64,000 nt of DNA from positions 1-64,000 of the forward strand of contig BDGG01000020.1 of assembly GCA_001949185.1 (NCBI GenBank), given 5' to 3'. Positions 11,501-22,600 of the stretch are shown here, in pieces. A model generated the notes under the pieces. The model had not been told where the DNA came from and did not search any database. It was given only the letters and a program-made list of their open reading frames with translations. Each line of letters opens with the position of its first letter. The stretch's first letter is position 1. Both the position numbers and the translations under genes were made by a program. The DNA comes from Ramazzottius varieornatus (lineage: Eukaryota > Animalia > Tardigrada).

Positions 11501-12206
11501 ACGACAACATCAATGGAAAAGTGCGATCTTACAAGTTTTGCTTGCCAACCTGCCCATCAAATTTCAGCGATCGACTCACATTTGGAGTGAAGACGTTGAG
11601 GTAGAGACAGTCTTCGCTCATTTCGTACCGATTCACCATGACATCGATGAAATGCTTCGCTTGTGGGCAGACATGTCGATAAGTCAGTGCCATGTGAGTG
11701 TCCTGCCAGGCAGATTTCTCAACAGGAGGCTGGAAGAACCAATAAGGATGTTGACACAAACATTCAGGATTTAGGTGAGGGAGAATACATACCAGGAAAC
11801 GACGGTTGGTTTCTTTGGTCGGTGGTTCAGCATAGGGTATCCCCAGGAAATTCACCACGGTCAGACGCTCCATGTACGGTCTCTCAACGGATAGCTTTTT
11901 AAAGTTGGGATCCCACTCAGTGCCAGGACCGTCGAACAACCGGATCATCTCTCCTTGTACCATACCTTTGCTGGTCCGCACAGGTGGAGGGAAGGTACGG
12001 TTTACAGCGTACGGGCCCAACCATGATGCGGGCATCCCTGGATGGTTCGGCGGTCGATTGTGATATGGAGCATTGGGCAATAGATAAGGATAAGGATAGA
12101 TATTGGAAGGATTGGGGATACCTGGCAAAGGATTCTGATGGGCAACAACAATAGACAGGCAGAAAGCAAAGATGGATGTCATCGAGGCGGTCTTGTGGTC
12201 GGCCAT
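8559..12206 (-). CDS. Type B carboxylesterase / neuroligin-like type I membrane protein (multi-exon)
   Basis: Signal peptide; [73 protein letters not shown]; C-terminal TM helix then RKKDYEDDF*. Confidence 0.93.
8861..9142. repeat. Tandem trimer of intronic palindromic element
   Basis: Cores 8894-8936 (CTGGCGCA/TGCGCCAG), 8990-9032 and right arm 9105-9112. Confidence 0.85.
9545..9680. repeat. Deleted/fused palindromic element copy
   Basis: GTGGCGCA 9601-9608 with left arm; right core lost. Confidence 0.65.
10212..10320. repeat. Intronic palindromic element copy
   Basis: 10244-10251 / 10278-10285, 26-nt spacer. Confidence 0.85.
10830..10940. repeat. Intronic palindromic element copy (reverse orientation)
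   Basis: GCGGCGCA 10863-10870 / TGCGTCAC 10898-10905, 27-nt spacer. Confidence 0.8.
11395..11500. repeat. Intronic palindromic element copy
   Basis: 11428-11435 / 11461-11468, 25-nt spacer. Confidence 0.8.
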
Positions 12207-13210
12207 GGCCGTTACAAGTCAATCAGAAGTTTGATCACGGCATCGGTCTTGTGATGATCTGTTAACCACAGCGAAACATGATCAATCAAAACAACTAGTG
12301 ATCCCCATTTTGACCGCAGCTGTCCCGAACGATAAGTTCGCCAATTTGTACAACAGTTGAACTCAAATTACTTCAATCACTTCAAACGTCCAGAGAATTG
12401 CAGAATCTTGCTGGATGAGGGGAGGGACATCACGCTTCAGAAGAATGCCGATGCTGTGGGACAAAAAGAGCGACGAGTTGGAAAATAATGATAGCGATAC
12501 AAACGAAAGCACGGTTTACCTTGCAGGTGAATAAAAATGATTCATCCGTCGAACGCCGATGGAGCTTTATGGACTTTGCTCCACGATTCCAAAGCTAAAC
12601 ATACCACCTGTGAACATTAATATGGAGAAAGATATGAAGTAGATCAAAGTCCGTATAGGGTAGAGGAGATAACTCACGCAGTCACGCTGATGATTTACCG
12701 TTGATGAATTTTACGACTGATATAGTATGAATGAACAAACAAAAAGTCCAACTGTTCTAACTGATTAATTGGCCACAAGACCTTCGTGCTCTAACGCATT
12801 TCCGTTTCCCGAACAGCTGATTGTTGATTACTTAATAATATGAAGATTGCGAGCGAGAGCGCACTAGCACAGTTCGATACGCACAGAAACATCGTCACAT
12901 CACAGGAATAAGTTCGTCTCGTAGGCTCTGTGTTAAAAGATTAGCACAATGTTTACAGATGATGTCACGATGTTCCAATGCGAATCGAATTGTGGTAGAG
13001 CGGATCACTTCGCAATATGTATAGTGATTGAGCAGATTTCCGTGTTGTTTCCTTTCAAATGCAAATCTCATTTTGCACGTTTCTTTCCTTTGAAGCCTTT
13101 TGTGTTTCGCGTTCTCTTTCCAGGATTATTTATCGCCGAAGAGACCTACAGATACTTCAGCTCCGGCTGACCTACAGACATTCCAGTGCTAAGGGGCAAG
13201 TTGGATTTCA

Positions 13211-14151
13211 ATGGCAGGAGTCGCTGAAGGAGACGCGTCCACATCGAAGGAATTTCCGAATCCAGTCTTACCTCGGAGCGATATTTCTTATCCCATCCAT
13301 GTTGTATACTGCGGGGGTAGGCCCTTCCGCTTACATGTGTTCCTAGTGGATTCAAACTAAATCTTTGACTTTTCTTGCAGTCTGTTCTTTGCCGACTGAG
13401 GTGAGTGAACTTGACAGCGAAAGACCATATGCCCGAGAAAAAAATCGCGAATTGTTCTCTTGTGCTTTTAGTTGTGCGAATTCTCTCCAGAACCAGAAAA
13501 ATGCAAAGAATGGCTAAGACAGAATCTCCCAGGACAACTAGCAGGAGCAACCATTTCTGATGGCGTACAAGACAAAGGAGCAGACGAAGGTAAATTGGAA
13601 CTTGGGTCTTTCTTGGATTATTGTCCATTTTCTTTCGATACGTGGTTCCAAGAGTAGGTGGTTTTCTTCGTAGGTGAAGGTGACGACGATGATAAGAAAA
13701 AAAGACAGACGCGGGGCGGAAAAGGCCGGCCGAAATTACCAGCTGCCGAGGTGAAGACACAACCTGGCATGATTAAGTTATCCATTTCGAACAGAGGGAA
13801 GAAGAAATACGTCACAGTCGTCACAGGCCTTGGAACTCACGGTAGCATTCTCTATGCATAATACTCGTGCTCGATTGTGTTTGAAATTCAATCTGGGTTT
13901 CCAGGAATCGACTTGAAAGCTGCGGTGAAGTTCTTCGGCCAGAAGTTTGCCTGTGGGTCGTCCCTAACAGGGGACGACGAGATCGTCATCCAGGGAGATG
14001 TGAAGGACGATCTTTTCGATGTTATTCCGGAGAAATGGCCCCAGGTTTGCGCGATGTTTCAGATGTTCTGTTGGAAATAGGATGAATCTGGTGTGTCTCT
14101 TTACAGGTGGACGAAGACCAGATCGACGATATTGGCGAACTTAAGCGATGA
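13211..14151 (+). CDS. DENR: Density-regulated protein (translation re-initiation factor, SUI1 domain)
   Basis: YPIHVVYCG|VCSLPTE|.[14 protein letters not shown] zinc motif; [45 protein letters not shown]; TGA 14149-14151. Confidence 0.95.
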
Positions 14152-14189
14152 ACTTCCTCATTTTAAGTTGCTGATTTTTCAAAACAATA

Positions 14190-14332
14190 CTGTAATATTT
14201 GCTGCGTCCGCGCAGTACGTACACGTACGTGATGACGCACCCCCTTAGGGGGTGCACAATCCGTGAAACCGGACCGGGGCTCTACTTCACTTGTGCGATG
14301 ACGTACTGCGCGGACGCAGCGAATATTTACAG
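14190..14332. mobile_element. TA-flanked MITE in or near the DENR 3' UTR
   Basis: TIR CTGTAA..ATT.GCTGCGTCCGCGCAGTACGT; second copy at 57763-57907. Confidence 0.9.
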
Positions 14333-15439
14333 TACTTGCGTTTTTGTAGTCGCATTGTTATTGTTCACGCTCTTTATGCATAGCTTTCTCGTCGCTTATT
14401 CTCGCTGGTGATCCCTTACTCGCATAATGCTCATGGTCTCTTACGAGTGAAGAGTTTTCAGTCGTGTTTTAAAAGTAAAAAGAAGTCGTTTTGGGGGCTG
14501 CGGTTTGTGGATATCTGACCAGGTTTGTCACTGACAAATCGGCAGGCCATAAGGCTGCTCGTTCCAGTCGTTTGCCCCCTGGCGAGTCCGAGGTGTGTCC
14601 TGTATTCTAGTGACCGTTTTGCCGCTCCGCAGTAAAGCGCTAGGGTTTCCACTTTTCAATTGTCATGGTGAAGCGGAGCCGTCGGTAACAAGCGACTGAA
14701 ACGAGGGAAAACTACGATCTGCGAAATGGGAAACGAAAACGATTCTGGCGGGATGTTTTGTCACTTTTGTGGGAGAGGTCACAAGGTAACTTACGCAGGG
14801 TCAGGGACATGTGTTTAACAAAGGTCAGACCCTTGCTAACTCGTGAGCTGCATCTCTACATTTTTGATTGGCCGCGAACAAAGATGATATCGTGCTGTAC
14901 CAATAGAGCGCAGTTGTTATAGCTAAAAATCAATGTTATCCCTGAACAAACCTATTTTTAAACAAAAGACGCCCTTGCAATCGTCAAGCTGCAGGCAATC
15001 ATCGATTCGTGGATCCGCTGGTTAGCTGCTTCGCGTATTTGGGTTGGTGTAGTATTGCGGTCCACGTTTTCCACCCTCAATCAAATAGTTTAAGCGGGCT
15101 ATACGGTGTGCCTAATTTTACGCAGCTTTTGTGACCGCTCCAGTCTCCAGTAGCTTACGGAGTCTGGTGGATTTTGGGATCCTTGCTCGGGATTTTGTTC
15201 GATTTTAACCGTTGTTCTCGTTTTGATGTTATTTGTGGATGCAGGCCGTCTGTTCGGCTTCTGGGACCGGTTTCAAACTCGAAGGTAGGTGGTTGCTTAT
15301 ACGGGTTCTTTTCTTCGTCCGGAGATAAACTACGTGATTTCGCTTTGATTCCAGACTGTTTTGCCAGCAACTCGGACTGGTGCTGTGCGGAATTTGACTA
15401 GCACCCAGTAGCTCTATCCACCGGAACATCCGTTCGAAA

Positions 15440-16734
15440 ATGTCACGGAGATCAGCGAAACGAATCAAGCCTTCGATGCCCGCAAAAAAACTCCAGCAGA
15501 TCATGAAATCTGTGAAAGACGAGGTCGAGCAACAGGTTGATCCCGTGGTGGAAGAACTGCAGAGTCGTCTAAATGAACCGTACTTCCTTGGATATATGGA
15601 ACACAAGCTCAAATACGACCCAGGTTTGTTAGCGGTTCGATTAAACGCGAAAATCGTAGTGTTAATTTTGTAGTGTGATGTTATTTCTCAGGTCAGGCGA
15701 TTATCTTTCTCTTTGAAGGATGGTACTATAGCGGCTTGGTGAGCTTCCCTAGTCAATTTCCTCGAATTTTGGAGACTTCTATCTAGAGGAGTGGTTTTTG
15801 TTATAGATTGACAAAGTGTATCGGATGACGGAGCCGGCTAGCATCTATCCGGACGGAGCACCGGAAGATTATCGAAGGCGTATTCCTTCCTACCTGTTCC
15901 ATTTTCTGAATGGTCCCGACACGTACGTTTCATTCCTGACTGTAAGTTATCTTATGAAATGGCAATCTGTTGAAAGTTTCGTATTGGGTAGTGTAGCTCT
16001 AAGGACGAGAACGCTTGACGCGGCGGACGGGATGATGAACGAGCTTCCGGAAAATGAATTCATTCCGCGAGGAACGCACGACCCGGACGCGGCTTTCGGC
16101 TCGTGTAAGGTTTCCTTCGTTTCTCTTCACGTAAATTAATTCCACGTCAATCTGCTCCTCCATTTTTGTAGTGGTGTGTGATCTCTGGAACAAAACGAAA
16201 AAGAACTTCTTGTAAGTACTATTGCATGTAGGATATACAAAAGAAAGCCGGGGGTTAGTGGGATCTATTTTCCATTTTACGCTGGATGAGATTATTTTAT
16301 CGTCAGTTCGGCCGGTGGGACGCAGGCGGATGACTTGAACCAGATCGTTTTCCTAAGTGGCGCACACTTCCAGCCAGCAATAGTCAAAACGTGCGCCACC
16401 GGACAATGTAGATCTGGTTCAAGTTCGACTCATGTTTCCACGGCCAATCAAGCTTTCGGCTTGCTTGTGTCATTTAACTGCTCGTTTTTAGCCTGTGGTA
16501 ACGTCGCTGGTGCACTGTTCAAATTCCTGTCGATTTTTCAGGGTCGAGCGAGGCTTGAAGGAGGTGGTGCCAACCGTTAAGACCGGGGTCTGGCTTCTAG
16601 ACGATGAAAACTACAAGGCGCACGAACGAGCGTGGCAGAAGCAAAGCGGTCAAAATCGTAGCTTCGAACAGTTCTGTTCCGATCTCTGCTCCGAAGAGCA
16701 GAAAGCCTCGATGGGCGGCAGAAGATGTCCGTGA
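15440..16734 (+). CDS. Uncharacterised spliced protein with possible chromo-barrel/Tudor-knot-like domain
   Basis: Exons joined by canonical short introns: ...KYDP|GQAIIFLFEGWYYSGL|IDKVY...SYLFHFLNGPDT... to GGRRCP*. Confidence 0.6.
16325..16432. repeat. Intronic palindromic element copy
   Basis: 16357-16364 / 16392-16399, 27-nt spacer. Confidence 0.85.
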
Positions 16735-17346
16735 CTGACAAGACTTCCTTTCTTCTGTTCCTTCGAACTTTAACTCTAATATACATTCCCAAATTTTAAC
16801 TTTGATCTGACGGAACGAGTGCTTCCGTTTCTCTTGCTGAAGCCACTTTTGGGCAATATCTTTGCAGTTTTGTTTAATGTTTGTGAAATCGAACTGGTCG
16901 ATTTCCGAAGCGGAAGTGTGCTCTGGACGGACCACACTTCGCTTCTGTTCTTCTGATAGTTTTTCCTCTTTTGCTGTTTATATTCTCTAAAGTTAAGTTA
17001 ATGCGCCGGTCCTTTCGTACTGGGGACCTTGAGTTTCGAATTTCCGGAAACTGCGGAGCCAGAAGAAATAAATCGGCCCTTCTCGTCGTTCCGCTGACTG
17101 CTTCAACTCCCGAATGCCACACTACTGCCTGACTGGATTCCACAACTATCTCAACTCTTCGATTGATTGATCATAACTGAACCGCTTTTCAGGCGACGAT
17201 TTTCATTCCGTCTTGCTTCCTGACTTAATTCCAAATTCCTACTGAAGCTTCAGACACTTCTACCCACAAAAGAAGATGCATCAGTTGAAGAAGAGCTTTA
17301 CTTGACATCCAGGTGACTCGATGAAACGGGAATCTTCTAAAATCAT

Positions 17347-18087
17347 TTAGAAAATAGGGTCAGGGAATTCAAAGGAGACAGCCTTGCCTGTCAACTTCTT
17401 GTACAAAGATGTAAAAACAGGGACTTTGTGCTCCACGTTCGTCTGGTTAGCCTTGTCCAAGTGTACCTTGATCAGTCTCGAGCCATCGGTCTTGACACGA
17501 ATGCGCTTGCCGACAATCTCCGCTGGGAAAACAATGTCAGCCAATATGTTCTCATGGACAGCCGTCAGTGTACGGGATCGTGGACGCTTCTGGTTCAGCT
17601 TGACTGTCTTGCGTGTCGGCTTGGGCAACATGCGACGCTTGGCAATGAAAATGACTGTGCGGCCACCAAGCTTTTTCTCCATCTCGCGGACGATGCGAGC
17701 GTGAGTCTTTTGCCATTGCTTCAGCTGCGGTGGAGGCACATACAGTACCACTACCTACAAGATCATTCAAAACTGAAAATATGGTAAGCCATCCAGTCCA
17801 ACTTACGACACGACAATGGTATCGATATGAATAACAACTTCCGCACGATGGCCCACCACAAACTGACTTTCACTCAAATTCAACCGAATCGGTCTCACCT
17901 TCTGTGTTCCCAACTCTAGCTCTTTCGCTTCGTTGACCAACAACTCCTGCAGATGTGGCTTCAAGTCAGCTCCAGCTTCGAGGTCCAGCAGTACTTGACT
18001 GATCTGAGACTCTAAAGCAGACAGCTTGTCACCTCCATGCTTCAAGAATTTGCCTTCATGGCGCGGTCCTTGTTGCTTCGATGCCAT
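17347..18087 (-). CDS. RPS7: 40S ribosomal protein S7 (eS7), two coding exons
   Basis: [57 protein letters not shown]; intron ~17755-17898. Confidence 0.97.
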
Positions 18088-18603
18088 TCTCTGTAAAACA
18101 TTCCAGGCTACAGTTTGTCAGATCTTGTCTCGTGAAGCATGCTCCTGGCACACTTACCTCACTGGAAACTTGTGGAATGGATAGATGATCCGTCTTCCAG
18201 CAACACAGAAGTTGGAAACACTCTACTCAGCTGGACAGGTTCTTGATGCAAAATCTTTCCGGTTGATGAAAATCTGAATGGCAAAATTTGTCGGCCCTTC
18301 GACACATATGGCGAGCCGGCTTTAGAAATCGGCGTGTAAGCAAAGCGTGATCAAGTGCGCCGTAACGATATACGCCTGACGTCATACAGCGTTTCCTATT
18401 TGCCTGCGATTTTACCCCACCGGTGTACGGTGATGACTCGTACACAAGGATCAGATACCACGAGATGGCGCTTTACCAAGCGTATGTTCCTTAACGGCTT
18501 CGCTGATTTTCCATTTCACTGGGATTGCGTTGACATGCTAACATTAAGCAGTAATACGTAAGGAAAGATAGCAGAATAGAATAAGAAAACAACGATAGTA
18601 AAT

Positions 18604-19137
18604 TTAAGCAGCTTTAGTAGCGTTTGCGTGTGCAGGAGGAGTGTCTTCAATGATATCAAAGTTCTTCAAAGAGGCCATTTCCCCATGCAAATGCGGAACT
18701 TTTTCGACATGAGAAGGCTGAGCTGCCGAATCTTGATCTGCTGCGTGTCTGACCACAGGAACAGGTGCAGCAGGAACCGATGATTTTTTAGCGTGGTGGC
18801 TCTCCTTTCTGGCCGGCTGCTGGTCTTTCAAATGCTGTTCGGCAAATTGGGGAGCGGAGGAATTAGCATGATGCTCGTGATGAGCTTCGCTCGCATGGCT
18901 ATCTTTCTGTGAGTGCTGAAGGGCCGCTAGAGCTTGCTGACGGATCTTGTCTCGTGCGGCGTCCTCAGTATCCGCTGCGGACATAGGTGCTGTTGGTGGA
19001 TCGTCGTGCTTGGCTTTCGCCATTTGTTCGGCCAGGAAAGAACTGACGTCCCGCTTGACCAAAGCGGGGAATGCACAGCATTGCAGAACGCAGAAGCCTA
19101 GGCACATTGCTGAGAAGGGAATTTTTCTCAGTTCCAT
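18604..19137 (-). CDS. Single-exon secreted His/Ala-rich protein
   Basis: 177-aa ORF, signal-like MCLGFCVLQCCAFP then VKR dibasic site, HHEHH; TATA-like TATAAAT upstream on the minus strand (~19280). Confidence 0.6.
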   Translation of the reverse strand: MELRKIPFSAMCLGFCVLQCCAFPALVKRDVSSFLAEQMAKAKHDDPPTAPMSAADTEDAARDKIRQQALAALQHSQKDSHASEAHHEHHANSSAPQFAEQHLKDQQPARKESHHAKKSSVPAAPVPVVRHAADQDSAAQPSHVEKVPHLHGEMASLKNFDIIEDTPPAHANATKAA

Positions 19138-19699
19138 TTCGGAAGAAAAATCAAAAATCAAAAATCAAATATGCAATATACAGAAGAAACTTTCGGAAAT
19201 GATTGGACGGAAATTTTGATGTTAGATTCTGACTTGTCCAGACAATAACGAGCTATTCTCCCGAAGACTCTCTCTCACTCATTTATACCAGCTGAAAAGT
19301 ATCAGCGAAGACCTCCGTGCGATGAAAACAACAGCGTAGCGAGGTCGAAATGGCGCAATGAATGCCGTTTATACCGTGTTGATCTTCGACAAAACTGTGA
19401 ACTTGAAGGTTTATTCCATCATAAAAGAAGGCCACGAAAATTTATACGGATATCACTGACACCTAGCCGCGAGTCAAGCAGACATCGACAAACCGCCATA
19501 TTCGTCTGGTTCGCAGAGATTCGCGGCCGCAAGAAACTGTCAGCATCTGTCGCATACCAGTGAAGTATGTGCATCTATTCTCCATCACATCAGTAACTGA
19601 AAAACTAACATGATATCATCATGGAGGATATCGTCATTCAACAAAAAGTACATCGTCGGAAACCTCGTTTGTGTCTGTTATCGTAAAAGCATCTTCAGA

Positions 19700-22600
19700 C
19701 TAGTACCGTCGACCATATGAGCCCCGTTGACCGTACCCAGCTTGATGTGGTGGTCGCACTGCTGTGCGAATGTCTGGTCCTCGTGGAACCGGAACCGACC
19801 GCGTCACGCTTCCCACGAGCTCTGAAAGAGGGACCTCACTGCATCATATCACCAAAGAGATAAATGAGAAGTAAACGAACCCTTCGTACCTTCATATTCT
19901 TCCCTCTCCTGCCGGTGGCTCATATCCAACGTCAAACGCATCATTTCCCGTCGTTCCTTATTCTCGTGCTCTTCTGTCGCTTTCCAATGTGACACGTAAT
20001 CGGCTTCTTCTGGCATTTCCATGAATCGAATATGCTACCATAGAAGGGGAAGAAGAGTTCGAATAGGGAACCACGAACCAAACATGAAAGCTTCGCAAAC
20101 AAACTCCGTAAGATATTTTCCCGAGTGGCGGAGGTATTCAGTGTAATAGACTGAAAACGTGCGCCACTTGAAGAAACGATTTTGACGAGCTTGTCTGCCA
20201 GTGTCCCAAAAAACTTTAGTCTTCGAAAAGCACTTCTTACGTGTTGTTTGGCGCCTTTCTTAGTCATGAGACCGACTCTGACCGTTGCCACGTCTTCATC
20301 TTCCGCTCCACCCGGTCCTTCTCTGTCCAATTGTTCCTTTACGGCACTCGGAATGGCAGACTTGAACATGGGCACTTTACTTTGTGCGTGCGTCTGGAAG
20401 CTTTCAGAAGCCAACTTCTCGAAGGCAGCCATGAAATCTATATCTTCCTGATTGAGCGGGTCCGGTTCTTTCTCTTCCGCAGGCAGATCAGGCTGCTCCA
20501 GGATGGTCAAGTCAGGTTCACTTCCGGTTCGACTGCTTGTCTCTGACGAGTCGTCTTCCCCTTCAGCTGTACTTCCCGCTGATTCTTCAACAGTCAGAGA
20601 CTTATTCAGCGAATCGATGTTGACTTTGGCCTTGCGTGAAACAAAAAAAGTTAGCGGCCAGTTAATTCCATGTCGATCAAGATTTTTATACTTGAAGCTT
20701 TTCCGTGAGTTTTTGCACAGCGCTTTCAGCTTCTTCCAGGCTTTTTGCCAGCTTGATATCCTTTCTAGCGTTCAGGATAGCGTCTTCGACAAGGTGTACG
20801 ATGGGCATGGGGAAGGGTGCTCGGTCGTTCCACACAGGGTCTTCGCGCTTGAGCCAGAAGTACCGCTGGAACAAGGCTAGAAAGCTGTCCAGCTTCTTCC
20901 TCGACAGCCCATGGTTGAAGTATCGACCGCAGGTGTTGAGGAGTATACAGACGAGTCGAAGACGGAGGAGGTGCTGTGGAGGATCGAGGCTGGTCGGTAG
21001 ATCACCAACCCAACCGAAGAGGATCAGCGAGAAGAGCGTGTTGAAGATGACGCTGGAATCCACCAAGCGATACTGCAAAGTCACGGCCAAATGAAAAATC
21101 GAGAGTTCCAGGGTTCAATTCCCGTATCATCCAATTTTTTGAATTTCAAACTTTAGTCAGATTTAACATGGTGAATTTCCGGAGCACGACGTTTCGAACC
21201 TCAACAGTCAAACTTTTCACGTTCCAAAAACTAATTGTTTTGTTTTATTGAAATTTGTTTCAAAATTCCACATCTTCTTTCCGCTCACGTTGTACATTTC
21301 GCCAAGGTAGCGAACCATCGCCAGCCTCCGCTGGTTGTACTTCGCATTATTCAGTTCCAAATGCGTCCTGATGTCGTCGAGGACGTTATCGACTACGCGG
21401 ACTGCAACATCGTCTTGGTAATTCGCGAGACCAGCTAGGATGTTAGCTAGTGCGGAAATGCTGGCGTAGTTGATATTCCAGGCGGCTGTCAGGTACCGCA
21501 CGCCGTACTCGAAAACCTCCGGGTCGTCCCACGGAAGGCGACGTGCGAGACCCATCAAAGTATCAGTCTCTGTCAGCTCAGACTTGTTCAGGTCCTCCAG
21601 GAAAATCTTTCTAATGAACATCTGCATCGGCGTCCGAACCTTGATTATCTAGGAAAGAAAGTCGAAAGCGTCTTCCTAGTTTCGGCAATCCTGGATGTCG
21701 AGTGGCGCACACGTTTAGTCAATAATCATGAAAAAGTGCGCCACTCAGGATGATATTTTTGTCTTTCCTGGATGGATTCTTGTATTTTTGTCTTCGATAT
21801 TTTTCGTATTTCAGGCTTATCCAACTACCTTATTTGACGCGGTTCTTCGGCCGGCAGTTTCCGGTGTACAGCACGACAAGTACGCGTTCTCGATCATGTA
21901 CTCTATTCTGGCGTCAAACAATCTCAGCGCCTTCCTTCTCAGCAGTTCGTCCAGCAGGACGATCATTCTCGGGTGCGAGTCGGTCGACCAGTACAGGAAC
22001 CTACCAGCCGACTCCAGCAGCGTACAAGCCATTTCGACGTTATGATGCTTGAAGTTGTTCAGCAGAATCTTCAGGCAGACTAGGCACTGTGCGCGTGGGA
22101 ATACTCCGAACTTTGTGAGTTCAGCCATGAAACGGACGTTGCGTAGCTTGGACTCTAACCTAAGAGGGTCTTGACGGCGAACCAACCACCTAGCAAAATT
22201 CCCGAAAATCGGTTCATTCCAAAGTCGGCATAGATGACATATACATGTAAACCGGAAATAATTTAAAGGGGATTAGGAAAAACGAGAAAAAATAAAATAA
22301 CTGAATAAAATCCTCACCGGAACTGGCGTCGAATGGCATCGGAGAGTTCAGTCCCCACATCAGGCATTACCGGGTTCAGAATGGCCACAAGGCGGGAATA
22401 GAGGGGGAGGAGGTCGGCTCGGGTACGCGGAACATTATACAGAGCTTGGACGAGCTTCTTTCGGTAGTGGCGCCGGTTCAGGTTGGTGGTGAAATCGACC
22501 GCCAGCTGTAAAGAAGACCACCGTTAACAGAAGGTAGGACATTCAGAGAGCCAGAGACCACAAGAACCAAGAGGCCGATATGGGTCTTATCAGAATGATC

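Noticed and set aside
21180-21215. Hammerhead-like CTGTTGAG...CGAAAC on the minus strand
   Set aside because: Core mismatch (CUGUUGA) and no convincing stems I/III
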